Source: Octopus sinensis (taxonomy: Eukaryota). Taken from it: 64,000 bases of DNA. A program made the translations under genes and the position numbers. How positions within the stretch are numbered: the stretch's first letter is position 1; every line of letters begins with the position of its first letter. Positions 49,898 through 62,038 of this stretch are shown piece by piece. Location: positions 28,520,001 through 28,584,000 of the forward strand of contig NC_043016.1 of NCBI RefSeq assembly GCF_006345805.1, written 5' to 3'. Under the pieces are notes generated by a model. That model did not search any database and was not told where the DNA came from. It worked only from the letters and a program-made list of their open reading frames with translations.

Positions 49898-50281
49898 GTA
49901 TGTATTCTATACTTTAATGCTTTAATCACAATGTTATATATGAATACACTTTCTTATTTGTTTGACTCGTAAGATAATTTAGGAATTTGTACAAAAGACA
50001 ATCCTGGAATTTATATTGTTATGACTGATTCTTGACTGATTTTGAAATGTTCAGTTACACATGACATGGTATAAAATGGTAAACTTGTGTGATCCAGTGA
50101 TCTTTCTGATATATGTGTGTGTATATATATTCCAAGAAAGTTAGAGGTTGTGAATCCAACCAACTAAGGGATATCTATCCAATATACTGCTGGTAGAATA
50201 CCCAATTATTAATACACAAGTGGTTTTTATTGCATTGGTATTACAATTACCGAGTGTACTAAATGGGTGAGGATAAAGATT

Positions 50282-50387
<106 letters not shown>

Positions 50388-50800
50388 CAAAACAAATTGG
50401 AACAGTGTGTGCAGTGTTTAAGAAATGGCCAACATCATAGAATAGAATGGCTGACTAGAGGGAGGGAATGCTCAGGTGTGCTTGCTGCATAAAAAGCTAA
50501 CAGTGTAGTGAACCAAGAAATTTTAATTAATTAAAAAACATGCTTAGAATTATCACAGTACTAATAAGATATGATCCACCCTCCTATCTATCTACATTCT
50601 ATTTTTAATATCTTTTAATTAAATTAAATTGTAAGGTTGTTTCCATTTGCTGCTTAAAATTAATCATTAAGTTAAAGACTGTTCCTCATCACTTGGAGTA
50701 TAATTTTGATTTAAATTCCATAGCTCATCATATTATGTTAGCACCAACTTTTCCCTATGTCTGTGTTCATAAAGTTCTTAAGCACAAGCTTTTTTGACAG

Positions 50801-50997
50801 TTACACTCGACTTAAACTGGCTCAATGTCAGGCCATACTTATTTGGCATCATAATTTTTTTCTTTATATACCTGATGTGTTTGACCTATGTATATACAAT
50901 TGGTTTCCTGTACACAAATCTATTGTGTTTGACGTTGTTACTCATTACTTGGAAGATACTAAGATTTGGCGGTTATCTAGAATGTCTACCAAAATAA
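50801..50997 (+). CDS. Candidate terminal exon, hydrophobic (two possible TM helices)
   Basis: tttttgacag acceptor then xTLDLNWLNVRPYLFGIIIFFFIYLMCLTYVYTIGFLYTNLLCLTLLLITWKILRFGGYLECLPK*; phase does not match the 49897 donor directly. Confidence 0.3.
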
Positions 50998-52322
50998 CAA
51001 TGGTTGTCAGAGTACAGCAAGAATGTGTTCTACTTGCTAGGAATCTTGCCAAAAATCTTCATTACTTGTTCTCCTCCTGTCTTTCTCTCTCTTTGAGTTC
51101 TTATTCTAGTCTAGGAATCTTATGATGAGATAATTTATCACTATTTTAACAATTATCTAACATAGTATTACAAAAAAAAGAACAACAAAATAACAAATGC
51201 CAGAGTCATCTCATATCGTTTATATTGATAGATAATATACACTTTTATTTAGACCGGTCAAATTATTTAAGTCTCTCCCTTCTCTGTTTGTACACTTAAA
51301 AGATTAACTCTAAATTCTGTACAATTGTTTCATTGTTTTCAGTTCTTTGTTACTTCATAAATTATAATAAATCAGTTATCCACTTATTTGCTTGTGGGCC
51401 TTGTATTCAAATCTCCTGCAGGAATTCTTTTTTATTATGCCTGATAAGCAGGACAGTTCTTTATTAGACCAGTTCACAAAAATGTGAGGAATTTGTTATA
51501 ACCTGAGGCAGTTACCTGTCTATCTTGTGTGATTGGATTGGTGTCCACTCCATGAGGAATGCCAGCCCTTAACTTTTTAACTTGAAACTAGAGATATTAA
51601 CTAGGTCTTAAGGGTGCTTTATTTAATATATTACCGAAACAACTTGTGCTTCTGCTCCAAGGTCTTCTGAACTTGGACTCTCCTGGACTGGATACTTTTG
51701 TACCAGGTTCAGAATAACATAGGCCTCTCTATTCCAAGCCCTTCTGGAGTGGGTTCTCTCTTTCTCACTTTCTGGGAGAAATTGTTTGTACTCAGAAAAA
51801 GAGAAGGATGGACTCGGTTTTAAAAATGCTTATATATCATAATGGTTGTCCACTGGCTCCACCAAGAGCTGAGGACAGGAAAGAAATATATATAAACAGA
51901 TTGATTTGGCCCTATGCAACTTGAAGTTTTGCAGGCTTGTATCAGGAACCTAGCTTGGCTCCATTTAGCCATCTGAGCATGACAAACTAGGTTCTTGTGA
52001 CGAGCCTATGAAACTTTGTTTCGTTGGGCTGAATCAAACTGCTTTAAGTAATAATATATGTAACTCCTACTAAATGTGTTGAGTGCCTCTTTCTTTTGTT
52101 TGTCCACTCACTCATATATTATATACATATATATATACATACGCATACACACACACTTTGAAATATCTCAATTCTTCAATCCGATCACATAGAAAAATTG
52201 AGATATTTCTTAACATGAAACCAATGGTAGCCTTAGTACATGAATCAAGAATATTTGCCCACCAATGCGATGCTGAGCACTCATTCTCACTGTTCAATAT
52301 TTATGTATGTGTGTATATATCT

Positions 52323-52387
<65 letters not shown>

Positions 52388-52511
52388 GCAGAAGCAACAG
52401 AGTCTGAGAGTTTCGTACATTGGCACTTACAGTTTGTTCACGGAGTTATAGATCTGCCAGGTTTTAATTTCAATTTTGTATTGTGTGTGTATGTGTGTAT
52501 ATATATATATT

Positions 52512-54420
52512 AGAAAGTAAAAGTAGGAAAAATTACATCATAAAAATAACAGTAGAAATACTTCCATAATATAAATAATATTGTATTAATAAATAAATAT
52601 ATAAAGTATAACTATGGTTATTTAAAATGTTTTGAGATATCTTATGATCATTTCATGAATGTATAACCTTTTGAAATCAAATCCAAAATTGATAATTATT
52701 ATTAGGTAGTATATCCACTCATCAGAGAAATGGATGAATTTCTATGTAGTTAATTGACTGATAGAGATGCTATTTAAAATCGTATGATAAAGGTGTTGTT
52801 TAAAAAGTTATTGGTATAGATGTGCATTGGTATAAACTTGGGCTAGAAATTTTGTAAAAATAATATAAATCCATGGTAAAATCCTTTGTAATAATCCTTA
52901 ATAGTTGTGTGTAGATTGAAGTCCCATAATTCCTTTTCTCTTCAGTTTGTAATCCGTAAGTGTAAAGAATAAAAATGGTGAATTGTTGCTTTTATAGTTA
53001 TATATACAAAACGGAAGATACCATTATTATATTTTATGCAAATGTAAAAATAGCCGTGTACTGACCCAATATAGAGTAAATCAATGTGTTATATTTAAAA
53101 TCAGTATGTTATGTATTAGAAGTGTATAGGTTCAATTTTCAAGAAGACAAATTTCAGGCACTCATCTAATGGATAATCTGTATTATGTGAACATGTGTAT
53201 AATCTAAACATAGTTCAATTTTAAGTTTCTATTCCTTACTTATAACAATCCTAGTGTTTAAAAGTTTTATAAAACCTATGTCTACATGTAGATAATGCTT
53301 CCAATTGGCAATTAATTAAATTATTTTGTTTATATAATATGTATAGTGATTCTTTTGTACATAGATGACAAATAGAAGATTTATGGGTATATGGTGTAGC
53401 TGAGTCAATAATTGACCAGAATAATTTATAGTTGAGGTTTTTTTGTTTGTGTTTATGTACAGATGTAGCCAATGAAGTAGGTTCAAATGAATGTATATGT
53501 GCTAAAAATCTTTGTTTAAAATTAATAGAGCTCCTGATATATACCTTACTGTGTGAGTTAGCAGATTTAGTAACAGTACACTTATATATAATGTTGAACC
53601 TTCTACATTGCCTTCTGAAGGACATGATTTAGAAAAAATTTACATATGCAATATTTGGTTGTATGTTTCTGTTCCATGGTATTATGATTATTTGTTATGT
53701 TGTGTGGTGTTAGATTTGAATTTGTTGTGGAATAATTTATAATAGAATTAGGTAAATTTACTGTTTGCATATTACTATTGTTATTAGATTGTCGTATTGG
53801 ATTATCTAAAGTCCTGTCATATCCAATGGTTTGTATATTTTGAGATATATAATTATTGGAATTTTGTTGAGATTTAGTTAATTGTATTGCTATGTATTCT
53901 CGTAATGTTATCTATTGAACTGGTATTATATTGAGTATCATTTGGTGTTCTGGGACTATTGTGTATTTCATTACTAGTATTATAGTTGTTAGTATTATTT
54001 CATAAACTATATTTACATTAAGTTTTTGTCTATTAGAGCTGGCGATAATTGAACCTATGTTCGGCAATGTAGAAAAAGATATTTTAATTGTTGATCTATT
54101 AAACATATGGTGATACTTATGATTATTAGGAAAACAATTTTTGACTACGTTTAGAAAACGTTTGCTAATCCATTAACATTTATTGAAAATGGGGGTGTGT
54201 GCCAAATAATTTCCCTATTTCCACTCCTACTAGGTAATTTATTATAGTTATAGACTATTTTTGGAATTTGTATGGTATTTCCCGAGTGTTTTTTGTTATT
54301 TTTATATTTGGTTCTATGTGTACTATAGCATTTTCTAGTTTTTTTTTGTCATGTCTTACAGAGGTTTGATCTTTTTGTATTGATTGAATATTATTGTTAG
54401 AGATAAGGTTAGTTGTATGT
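52512..54420 (-). mobile_element. Penelope-like element (RT end, GIY-YIG endonuclease, 3' UTR)
   Basis: FNRSTIKISFSTLPNIGSII; NIIYKCTV...VYI...FKQRFLAH...WSIIDSATPY...CHLCTKESLYIL...STCRHR. Confidence 0.9.
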
Positions 54421-55762
54421 AGTGATATATGACAGTTTAAATAAAGGACTCTGCAATGAGATAAACACTTGGGAAAATGCAATAATAGTTAATATGGCAG
54501 ATTATACTGGGATACCATGGCGTTATAACCCTGTGCTGGCAAACTGGGATCAAACATCAAAAATAGTTAACTACAATAAAGATTTTGAAAGCTGAGAGAT
54601 GACAATGGACACCAGTCAGGTACCAAAGTATATAAACTATTGTGATCTCCAAGATGTTTTCAATATTGACATTCTACAGAAAGATGTAATTTGATTGCAT
54701 TTAAAGTTGTATTAACAGGATAAATGAAGTCGCTCGGAGGTGGGGGCCGAAAGACTTCATTCATCTTTCCACTTTCATTCGTTTTTTTTTTTTGTCCCCC
54801 ATGTTTTGAGTTGTCCCCTCTATGTCTGCCCCTTGTGGATAATAAAGAAATCAGTACATGGCTATTTTTACATTTGCATAAAATATAATGTTAAGGATGG
54901 CATATGAAAATATCAGACACTCCAGAGCTTGCATCTTCCAAGGAGGAACTACTGGAGTTTGTGAATGTAATGAAAGAGAAGAAAAGAAATTTTGCGGCAG
55001 TGGCCAAGAGCCACAGCAACGAAATTGAATTATTGGAACTAAACAAATATAAGAACATGCGTTGCAGGGAGGGGTGCGGTGTAAAGGTGTCTCCTCCCCA
55101 AGAAGTTTTAAAAGCAACCAAGGAGAGAACTATCATAAACAGGACATACTCTGTAAAAACAAAGAAAATAGTAATTATGTTGACTGTGCAAGTCGCAAAA
55201 GCTTTAAAACCAATCTGACAAGGAATTTCTTACTTTGCCAGAGAAAGGAAGTTTGGAATGGTGAAGGTGTGGTTCCGTGAGATAGCTGCCTGGCTATACT
55301 TAGCAACACCCTTAAAGATGGAAAAAGCAGTACTTCTGCCCATATACCTTGGGAGGCATGCATCCAGGGTTAGGGTAGAAGATATACCCACTGAGATCGA
55401 TGTAGCCTGGCTAGTAGCTGCCGTACTGCTGGGTAACGAAGAAAAGATAGTGGTCCTCCAAGCCATAAGAACAGCACACAAGAACTGGCAAGGGCAGAGC
55501 TTGGTCATGATAATCCAGGTGGTCCCGAAAGACCTCGAAAGCATAAAAGAGACCATCACCATAGAAGATGTGACACTCAGGGTCAGAATGGATGGCAGGA
55601 CACCGTGATGCTACGGACTGTCCTCCACTGCTCTTAATGACCAAAGGAAAACCTGCAAGATTTCATTTTTATCCATTATTTTATTCATCTCTTACATTTG
55701 TTTTTTGTTCCCACCTTGTATTGTCCCCTCTATGTTGATTCTTTGTGGGTAATAAAGAAAAC
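54420..55762 (+). mobile_element. LINE-derived composite: 3' end with stem-loop, ORF1/gag-like remnant, second 3' tail
   Basis: ORFs 54904-55218 and 55258-55608 end in ...VRMDGRTP*CYG (zinc-knuckle-like onset); tail ttgtcccctctatgt..cttgtgg..aataaagaaa at 54811-54850 and 55721-55760; 9-bp stem aatgaagtc/gacttcatt at 54723-54761. Confidence 0.6.
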
Positions 55763-55782
55763 TTTATTCTTATGAATTACAT

Positions 55783-56203
55783 ACTGAAGAGAAAAGGAAT
55801 TATGGGACTTCTATCTACACACAGCTATTAAGGATTTTACCATGGATTTATATTATTTTTTTCAAAATTTTAAATTCAAGTTTATACCAATGCACACCTA
55901 TACCAATAGCTTTTTAAACAATACCTTTATCATACGATTTTAAATTGCATCTCTATCAGTCAATTGACTGCATAGAAATCCATCCATTTCTCTGATGAGT
56001 GGTTATACTACCTAATAATAATTATCAATTTTGGATTTCCTTTCAAAAGGCAATGCATTCATGAAACAATCGTAAGATATCTCAAACCATTTTAAACAAT
56101 CAGTTATACTTTATATATTTATTTACTAATACAATATTATTTATATTATGGACATATTTCTACTGTTATTTTTATGATGTAATTTTTCCTACTTTTACTT
56201 TCT
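55783..56203 (+). repeat. Inverted copy of the Penelope 3' UTR (52512-52946)
   Basis: Reverse-complement match over about 420 bp, roughly 90% identical by eye. Confidence 0.92.
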
Positions 56204-56261
56204 TTTATATAATCGCTCTAATTGAATCTCTAAATACCTTTAAAGTTTTTAGACATTTCTC

Positions 56262-56471
56262 ATAACCCTTTTGATACCAACCTGCCTGTAGTACAAATGT
56301 CTTGTTTTCAAAAGTTCTGAATTAAAATTTTCCATCAAACCTTAGTCACAGTTTATGTTCCTAACACTAACTTAATGATAATGAAGTTATTTTACTAAAT
56401 TCTTTGTTATATTTAAAATTAATTGAAAGAAACACAGAACATCTCAACAGAAATAGGTAACAAAAGGGTTA
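56262..56471. mobile_element. piggyBac-type MITE
   Basis: aacccttttgatacc / ggtaacaaaagggtt inverted ends; related pieces at 42170-42620. Confidence 0.6.
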
Positions 56472-56939
56472 CGAGCCCTTATCTGAAATCTAGTACACAT
56501 TATTCTTAAAGGATATATTTGATTAACTATATATATATATATCTCATAGGTTGCCATGTATGTATGTTCACTATATAAAGACACATGTACTTGTTCCTCA
56601 ATCATAATTTAATTCCCCATCACCTGGCATAAGGCCACTTCTCCCCACTCTCAAATATTCCCCTCACTTAGCTGGTGGGATAGTTATTTTCATTTTTTAA
56701 ATTTTATCTTCCTTGTTATTTTCTTGTCTTGTAAGTTACTTGGCAATTTCACTTGTGTTACTGGCATGAAAATATATTCAGTACACTCTATAAAGCATCA
56801 GAGAAGAGCATCCAGCTGCAGAAATCATGTTGAAGCTGACACTGGAGCAAGACACAGCTTTACGGCTCACTGGATCCTGTCAATCCATACAACTCATGCC
56901 AACATGGAAAATGGATGCTAACTGATAACAATGATGATT

Positions 56940-56971
<32 letters not shown>

Positions 56972-56974
<3 letters not shown>

Positions 56975-57330
56975 TCATCATCATCATCGTTTAGCGTCCG
57001 TTTTCCATGCTAGCATGGGTTGGACGGTTCTACTGGGGTCTGTGAAGCCAGAAGGGTTCATCAGCCCAGTCAAATCTGGCAGTGTTTCTACGGCTGGATG
57101 CCCTTCCTAACGCCAACCACTCCGTGAGTGTAGTGGGTGCTTTTTACGTGCCACCCGCACAGGTGCCAGACAGAGCTGGCAAATGGCCACGAACGGATGG
57201 TGCTTTTTACGTGCCACCGGCACAAGGCCAGTCGGGGCGGCGCTGGCAACGGTTGCGAAACGGAAGGTTCTCTTACATGCCACCGGCACTGGTAACACAT
57301 CTGCAATTTCCATTGATCGATTTCGATTCA
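56972..57330 (-). mobile_element. RTE LINE 3' UTR
   Basis: Near-identical to 19425-19800. Confidence 0.92.
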
Positions 57331-57352
57331 TATATATATATATATATATAAT

Positions 57353-57744
57353 AGGCACAGGAGTGGCTGTGTGGTAAGTAGCTTGCTAACCAACCACATG
57401 GTTCCAGGTTCAGTCCCACTGCGTGGCATCTTGGGCAAGTGTCTTCTGCTATAGCCTCGGGCCGACCAATGCCTTGTGAGTGGATTTGTTAGACAGAAAC
57501 TGAAAGAAGCCCGTCGTATATATGTATATATATATGTGTGTGCGTGTATGTTTGTGTGTCTGTGTCCCCCTAGCATTGCTTGACAACCGATGCTGGTGTG
57601 TTTACGTCCCCGTCACTTAGCAGTTCGGCAAAAGAGACCGATAGAATAAGTACTGGGCTTACAAAGAATAAGTGCCGGGGTCGATTTGCTTAACTAAAGG
57701 CGGTGTTCCAGCATGGCTGCAGTCAAATGACTGAAACAAGAAAA
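57353..57744 (+). mobile_element. SINE family A, full length
   Basis: ggcacaggagtggctgtgtggtaag head through cagtcaaatgactgaaacaag tail. Confidence 0.93.
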
Positions 57745-58604
57745 TGAGGGCATTTACTTTATTATTATTATCTTTCATATGGGCTTAATATATCTTTCCA
57801 AAACTGTTTAAAAACAGGGACATATTTTACTGTTCACTCCTAGTTTGCCCATCAGTAAAATCATATTTGGTATTGTCATCCTTCATTCACCCTCACCATT
57901 TATTCACTGCTTTCTCTGAAAGTATGCGTTGAATGGATTATCATAGTCACTAAATAGGGAGGAGGATCATACCTCATTCATATATTCCATTTTTAGCTTG
58001 GTTGCTATGGCTGGATGCCCTTATCTTAGACTGTGCTGGGTGCATTTTGTCAAGGTGCCAGTATTAGAGACATTGTCATGCACCTGATGCAACAAAAGAC
58101 CCCCCCCCCTCTTTGTTATCTCCATATTAAATAATCACATATCCTCATCATCACCACCACCATCATTACCACGACCACCATTATCATCACCACTATTACT
58201 TACACCACCATCATCATTATTATTACTTCAGTCTGTTTTCCATTCAGGCATAGTTTGGAATGGTTGTTAACATACTTCTGTGTAGACTAGAGGACAACCT
58301 TTCACTTTGAACTTTCATTTTTACTTTGGTTTCCATGGCTGGATGCCCTGACACCAACCATTTAATCCAGTGTACAACGTGCATTAGACTGTTACCATGT
58401 TGGGGCTGTGCTCGACACCTTGGCCAGTAACTTCTGTGTTTGTTCTCTGTTCATCTGTGCATTCAGTATATCTTTCTGTGCATTTGTTTACTACTGTATG
58501 TGTTTGACTTTTGAAAATATATGTATATATCTGTATGTGTATGTATGTCTACATGTGTTTGCCTTATATGTGTGTGTGTATGTATGTATTTACTCTCTCT
58601 CTCT

Positions 58605-58823
58605 TTTACTCTTTTACTCTTTTACTTGTTTCAGTCATTTGACTGCGGCCATGCTGGAGCACCGCCTTTAGTCGAGCAAATCGACCCCGGGACTTATTCT
58701 TTGTAAGCCCAGTGCTTATTCTATTGGTCTCTTTTGCCGAACCGCTAAGTGACGGGGACGTAAACACACCAGCATCGGTTGTCAAGCAATGCTAGGGGGA
58801 CAAACACAGACACACAAACACAC

Positions 58824-58858
<35 letters not shown>

Positions 58859-59022
58859 CGACAGGCTTCTTTCAGTTTCCGCCTACCACATCCACTCACA
58901 AGGCATTGGTCGGCCCGGGGCTATAACAGAAGACACTTGCCCAAGATGCCACGCAGTGGGACTGAACCCGAAACCATGTGGTTGTTTAGCAAGCTGCTTA
59001 CCACACAGCCACTCCTGCGCCT
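58605..59022 (-). mobile_element. SINE family A, full length
   Basis: Reverse complement of the 57353-57744 type. Confidence 0.93.
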
Positions 59023-61041
59023 ATATGTATATGTATGCATGTTTATATGTATATGTATGCATGTTTGTATCTCTATATGTATGCATGCATATATGTATGG
59101 ATATTTAACTTCATTATCTTTTAATGTCTGGCTTCCATACTGGCTTGGGTTGGAAGATTTGACAGGATCCAACAAACAGGACTACATCAAGCTTTAACAT
59201 CTGGTTTCTATGACTTGATGTCCTTCCTAATGCCAACCATTTTATACAGTGTACTGGGTGCTTGTTTTTTTTTTTCACAACACAGGCACTACTGAGATCA
59301 TCACTTAAGTCACAAGACAAAGGAGAAGCTCCCTTAAGTGAGTAGATCTGTAGTAAAGGAGGAGATGGCTTTGTGTCAGGTGTTGAGAGACTAAATTACG
59401 ATAGAGAAACATGTAGAGATGTGTTGTCATAGAGGAGATAGAGGATGGCTGTCCCACAATTTATAAGAGTGGGTGGGGAGTAGCTGGAAAGAAGACAGTG
59501 ATGATGGTGGTAAGGTGTCAGAATGTACTTTAAGATACAAAAAGTTAAGTAGAAGAGAGCATACAGATAATAATAAAAAAAAAAAATTGGAGAGTGGTGT
59601 GGATAAGTTCATTGAGTGTGAGTGAAGAGTGACAAATGGTTAGAGATGGGAGGAGAAGTGAATGTAATGAATGAAACTAGGTTAGAGGTGTGATCGATGG
59701 TAAATATCAGTTTGGGAAGGGGGAGGGTAAAAGAAGTAGCTCAGGAAGGAAGAGGAGGAAGAGGTTATAAGTAGCAATAGAGAAAGGATGGAGAGCAGCA
59801 GTATAATAAATTTGTAGATAAAGAGATTATGCATGAGGTGGGAGAATGGTGGGAGGGGGAGAAATGTACATCTACAAAGATGGATGTTAGAGGTATGTAG
59901 GGTTAGGTGTAGTGAGTGGAAGGGTTAAGATGTGGGATAAGTTGTTGATGGCAGATATGAGGGGTTGTTGAGAATGATATCTGATATGAAAGGGTGCTGA
60001 AGATGAAATAGGACTGTCATAAAATATTGCTCAATGTAGGAGGCAGGGATAACTTGAGGCATAGAAAAGGTCGATTGGTGGAAAGGATAATTTTGAGATT
60101 ATGGATGGACGTTAAAGGAAATGTTTTCAGGGAGCAGGGGGGAGGTAAGTTGTAGCTCGAAAATGAGTAAAATTCATGCACTTCTGCAGTCATGCTTACA
60201 AGAGCTGAATCATGCTATTGTTAGAGGAGTGGTGGACGAATGGACATTAGGGAGATGAGAAACAAGAAAGGCTTGACAGGGACAGATTGGGTGCAGGGAT
60301 AGTGCATTGTGGCTTATAAATATAAACATAATGCTTTTGGGACCAGAAGACTGGTCTTAAGACCTGCAAGTTGCCAACCATCTCAGTCCTTTATCATTTC
60401 TGTGAAGTACAACATCTTAAGATCAGTTTTCACTACTTCATCACATTTTTCCTGGGTTTCCCTCTCCTATAGTTTTATCTACATTTGATAATTGGCTCTT
60501 CTTTATACAACTATTCTCATCAGTCTGCATCACATGATCAAACCATTGTGGTTTTCTCTCTTTTACACTACTTCTGATTCCTCTTATGTCCAGTTTTTCT
60601 CCTAACATATTTGTACTTTGTCATGTACACATAATGACATTGCATATCCATGGGACATTCTAGTTTCATTCTTTTCTAGTTTTCACATGTCCTTTGCATT
60701 TAGGGCTCACATCTCACTACCACGTAGTACTGCTGTTTGTACACACGCATTAGGCAGTCTGCCTTTCACTCTGGGAAAGTGGACTTTTTATTGGCAACAG
60801 AGCTAAAAGCTCTTGGAACTTTCTCTATCCTATTCTTATTTTAGCAGCTATACTTCCAGAACACCTTCCTTCACTGCAAATTAGGTCACCTAGATAACAA
60901 AGTATCTACTACAGCTAAGGGTCCTCTTGGGTATTTGACAAAATCTATTCCTTTTATATTTTTAGTGCTTATTGCATTTGTGTGTCTACGACAGATTTTA
61001 CTTTTTCTGTTAATATTTCCAGTGATTCCACTGCACTTCTT

Positions 61042-61307
61042 AGAAAAATTAGCTGATCAACCTTGAGTGAAGAAGATAGAGACTACACATTTGATTTTTG
61101 TGTGTGTATGTGTCAAGCAAAGCTACACACAACGACACTAGATATATCACATCACCCTGCATATTTCTATGTTGTTGGTGTTGAAATAAGCAGGGTGATG
61201 TGATATATCTTGTTCGTTGTGTGTAGCTTTGCTTGACACATACACACATAAAAATCAAATGTGTAGTCTCTATCTTCTTCACTCAAGGTTGATCAGCTAA
61301 TTTTTCT
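61042..61307. repeat. Fold-back palindrome, about 125-bp arms, 15-nt loop
   Basis: 61042-61167 versus 61183-61307 differ at about four positions. Confidence 0.93.
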
Positions 61308-61563
61308 TTTCATTTTAAAATAACAGTTTTCTCTCTGCTCCAGTTGCGACATTAAACTATTGGATCTAGTGCTACTGTGGCTGTGATGAAATTTCTAAAT
61401 CAGGATTTCTTTTTCTTACTTTATGTACTATCTCCTCTGTACTTTGGAAAGAGATTGAGCTTATTCATCTGTCACTTATGTGTGTTTGAGTGTGAGAGAA
61501 AAAAACTTCTATGTAGTCAAATGATGAAAAACATCAATATTGTTCCATCAGCTACAAGCAATT

Positions 61564-61677
61564 TAGTTGCAATTAATTTTGTCTCTAAAGTAAAACTTTT
61601 ATACATATATATACACATACATATGTGTATATATATGTATAAAAGTTTTACTTTAGAGACAAAATTAATTGCAACTA
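61564..61677. repeat. Perfect palindrome, 56-bp arms, 2-nt loop
   Basis: 61564-61619 is the exact reverse complement of 61622-61677. Confidence 0.93.
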
Positions 61678-61938
61678 TGTATTGTGTTAACTGTCCTGTA
61701 CTCCATTTTTTGTTGTTTTTAAAATAATGCCCTGTTCCTTTGGTTTGTGTCTATGTTTTTCGTCTCTCTATGTGTTCGACGTCCCTTTGGTGTCCTGTAC
61801 ACATATATGCGTGTATATGTACATGTAGAGGTAGGTACGTACATATATGTTTATATATATGCATTTTTTATTCTTTTATTAATATATATATACAACACAC
61901 ACACACCACACACACATATATACTAGTTGGGCCCCATA

Positions 61939-62038
61939 NNNNNNNNNNNNNNNNNNNNNNNNNNNNNNNNNNNNNNNNNNNNNNNNNNNNNNNNNNNNNN
62001 NNNNNNNNNNNNNNNNNNNNNNNNNNNNNNNNNNNNNN
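61939..62038. other. Assembly gap (100 N)
   Basis: Run of N. Confidence 1.

Noticed and set aside
50757-51125. 122-aa ORF as an intact gene or LINE RT
   Set aside because: No diagnostic motif; it overlaps an alternative exon frame and I cannot decide between them without homology data.
51997-52035. SECIS-like hairpin (GTGA...AAA...GA)
   Set aside because: The best pairing (AGCCTA-TGAAAC/GTTTCG-TGGGCT) buries the AAA and is out of register with the GA/GA quartet; no in-frame TGA partner was identified.
55992-56015. CTGATGA-GTGG..CTAC in the Penelope 3' UTR (also about 52708-52727, minus)
   Set aside because: A stem II-like hairpin is present but it is followed by CTAAT rather than GAAA in both copies.
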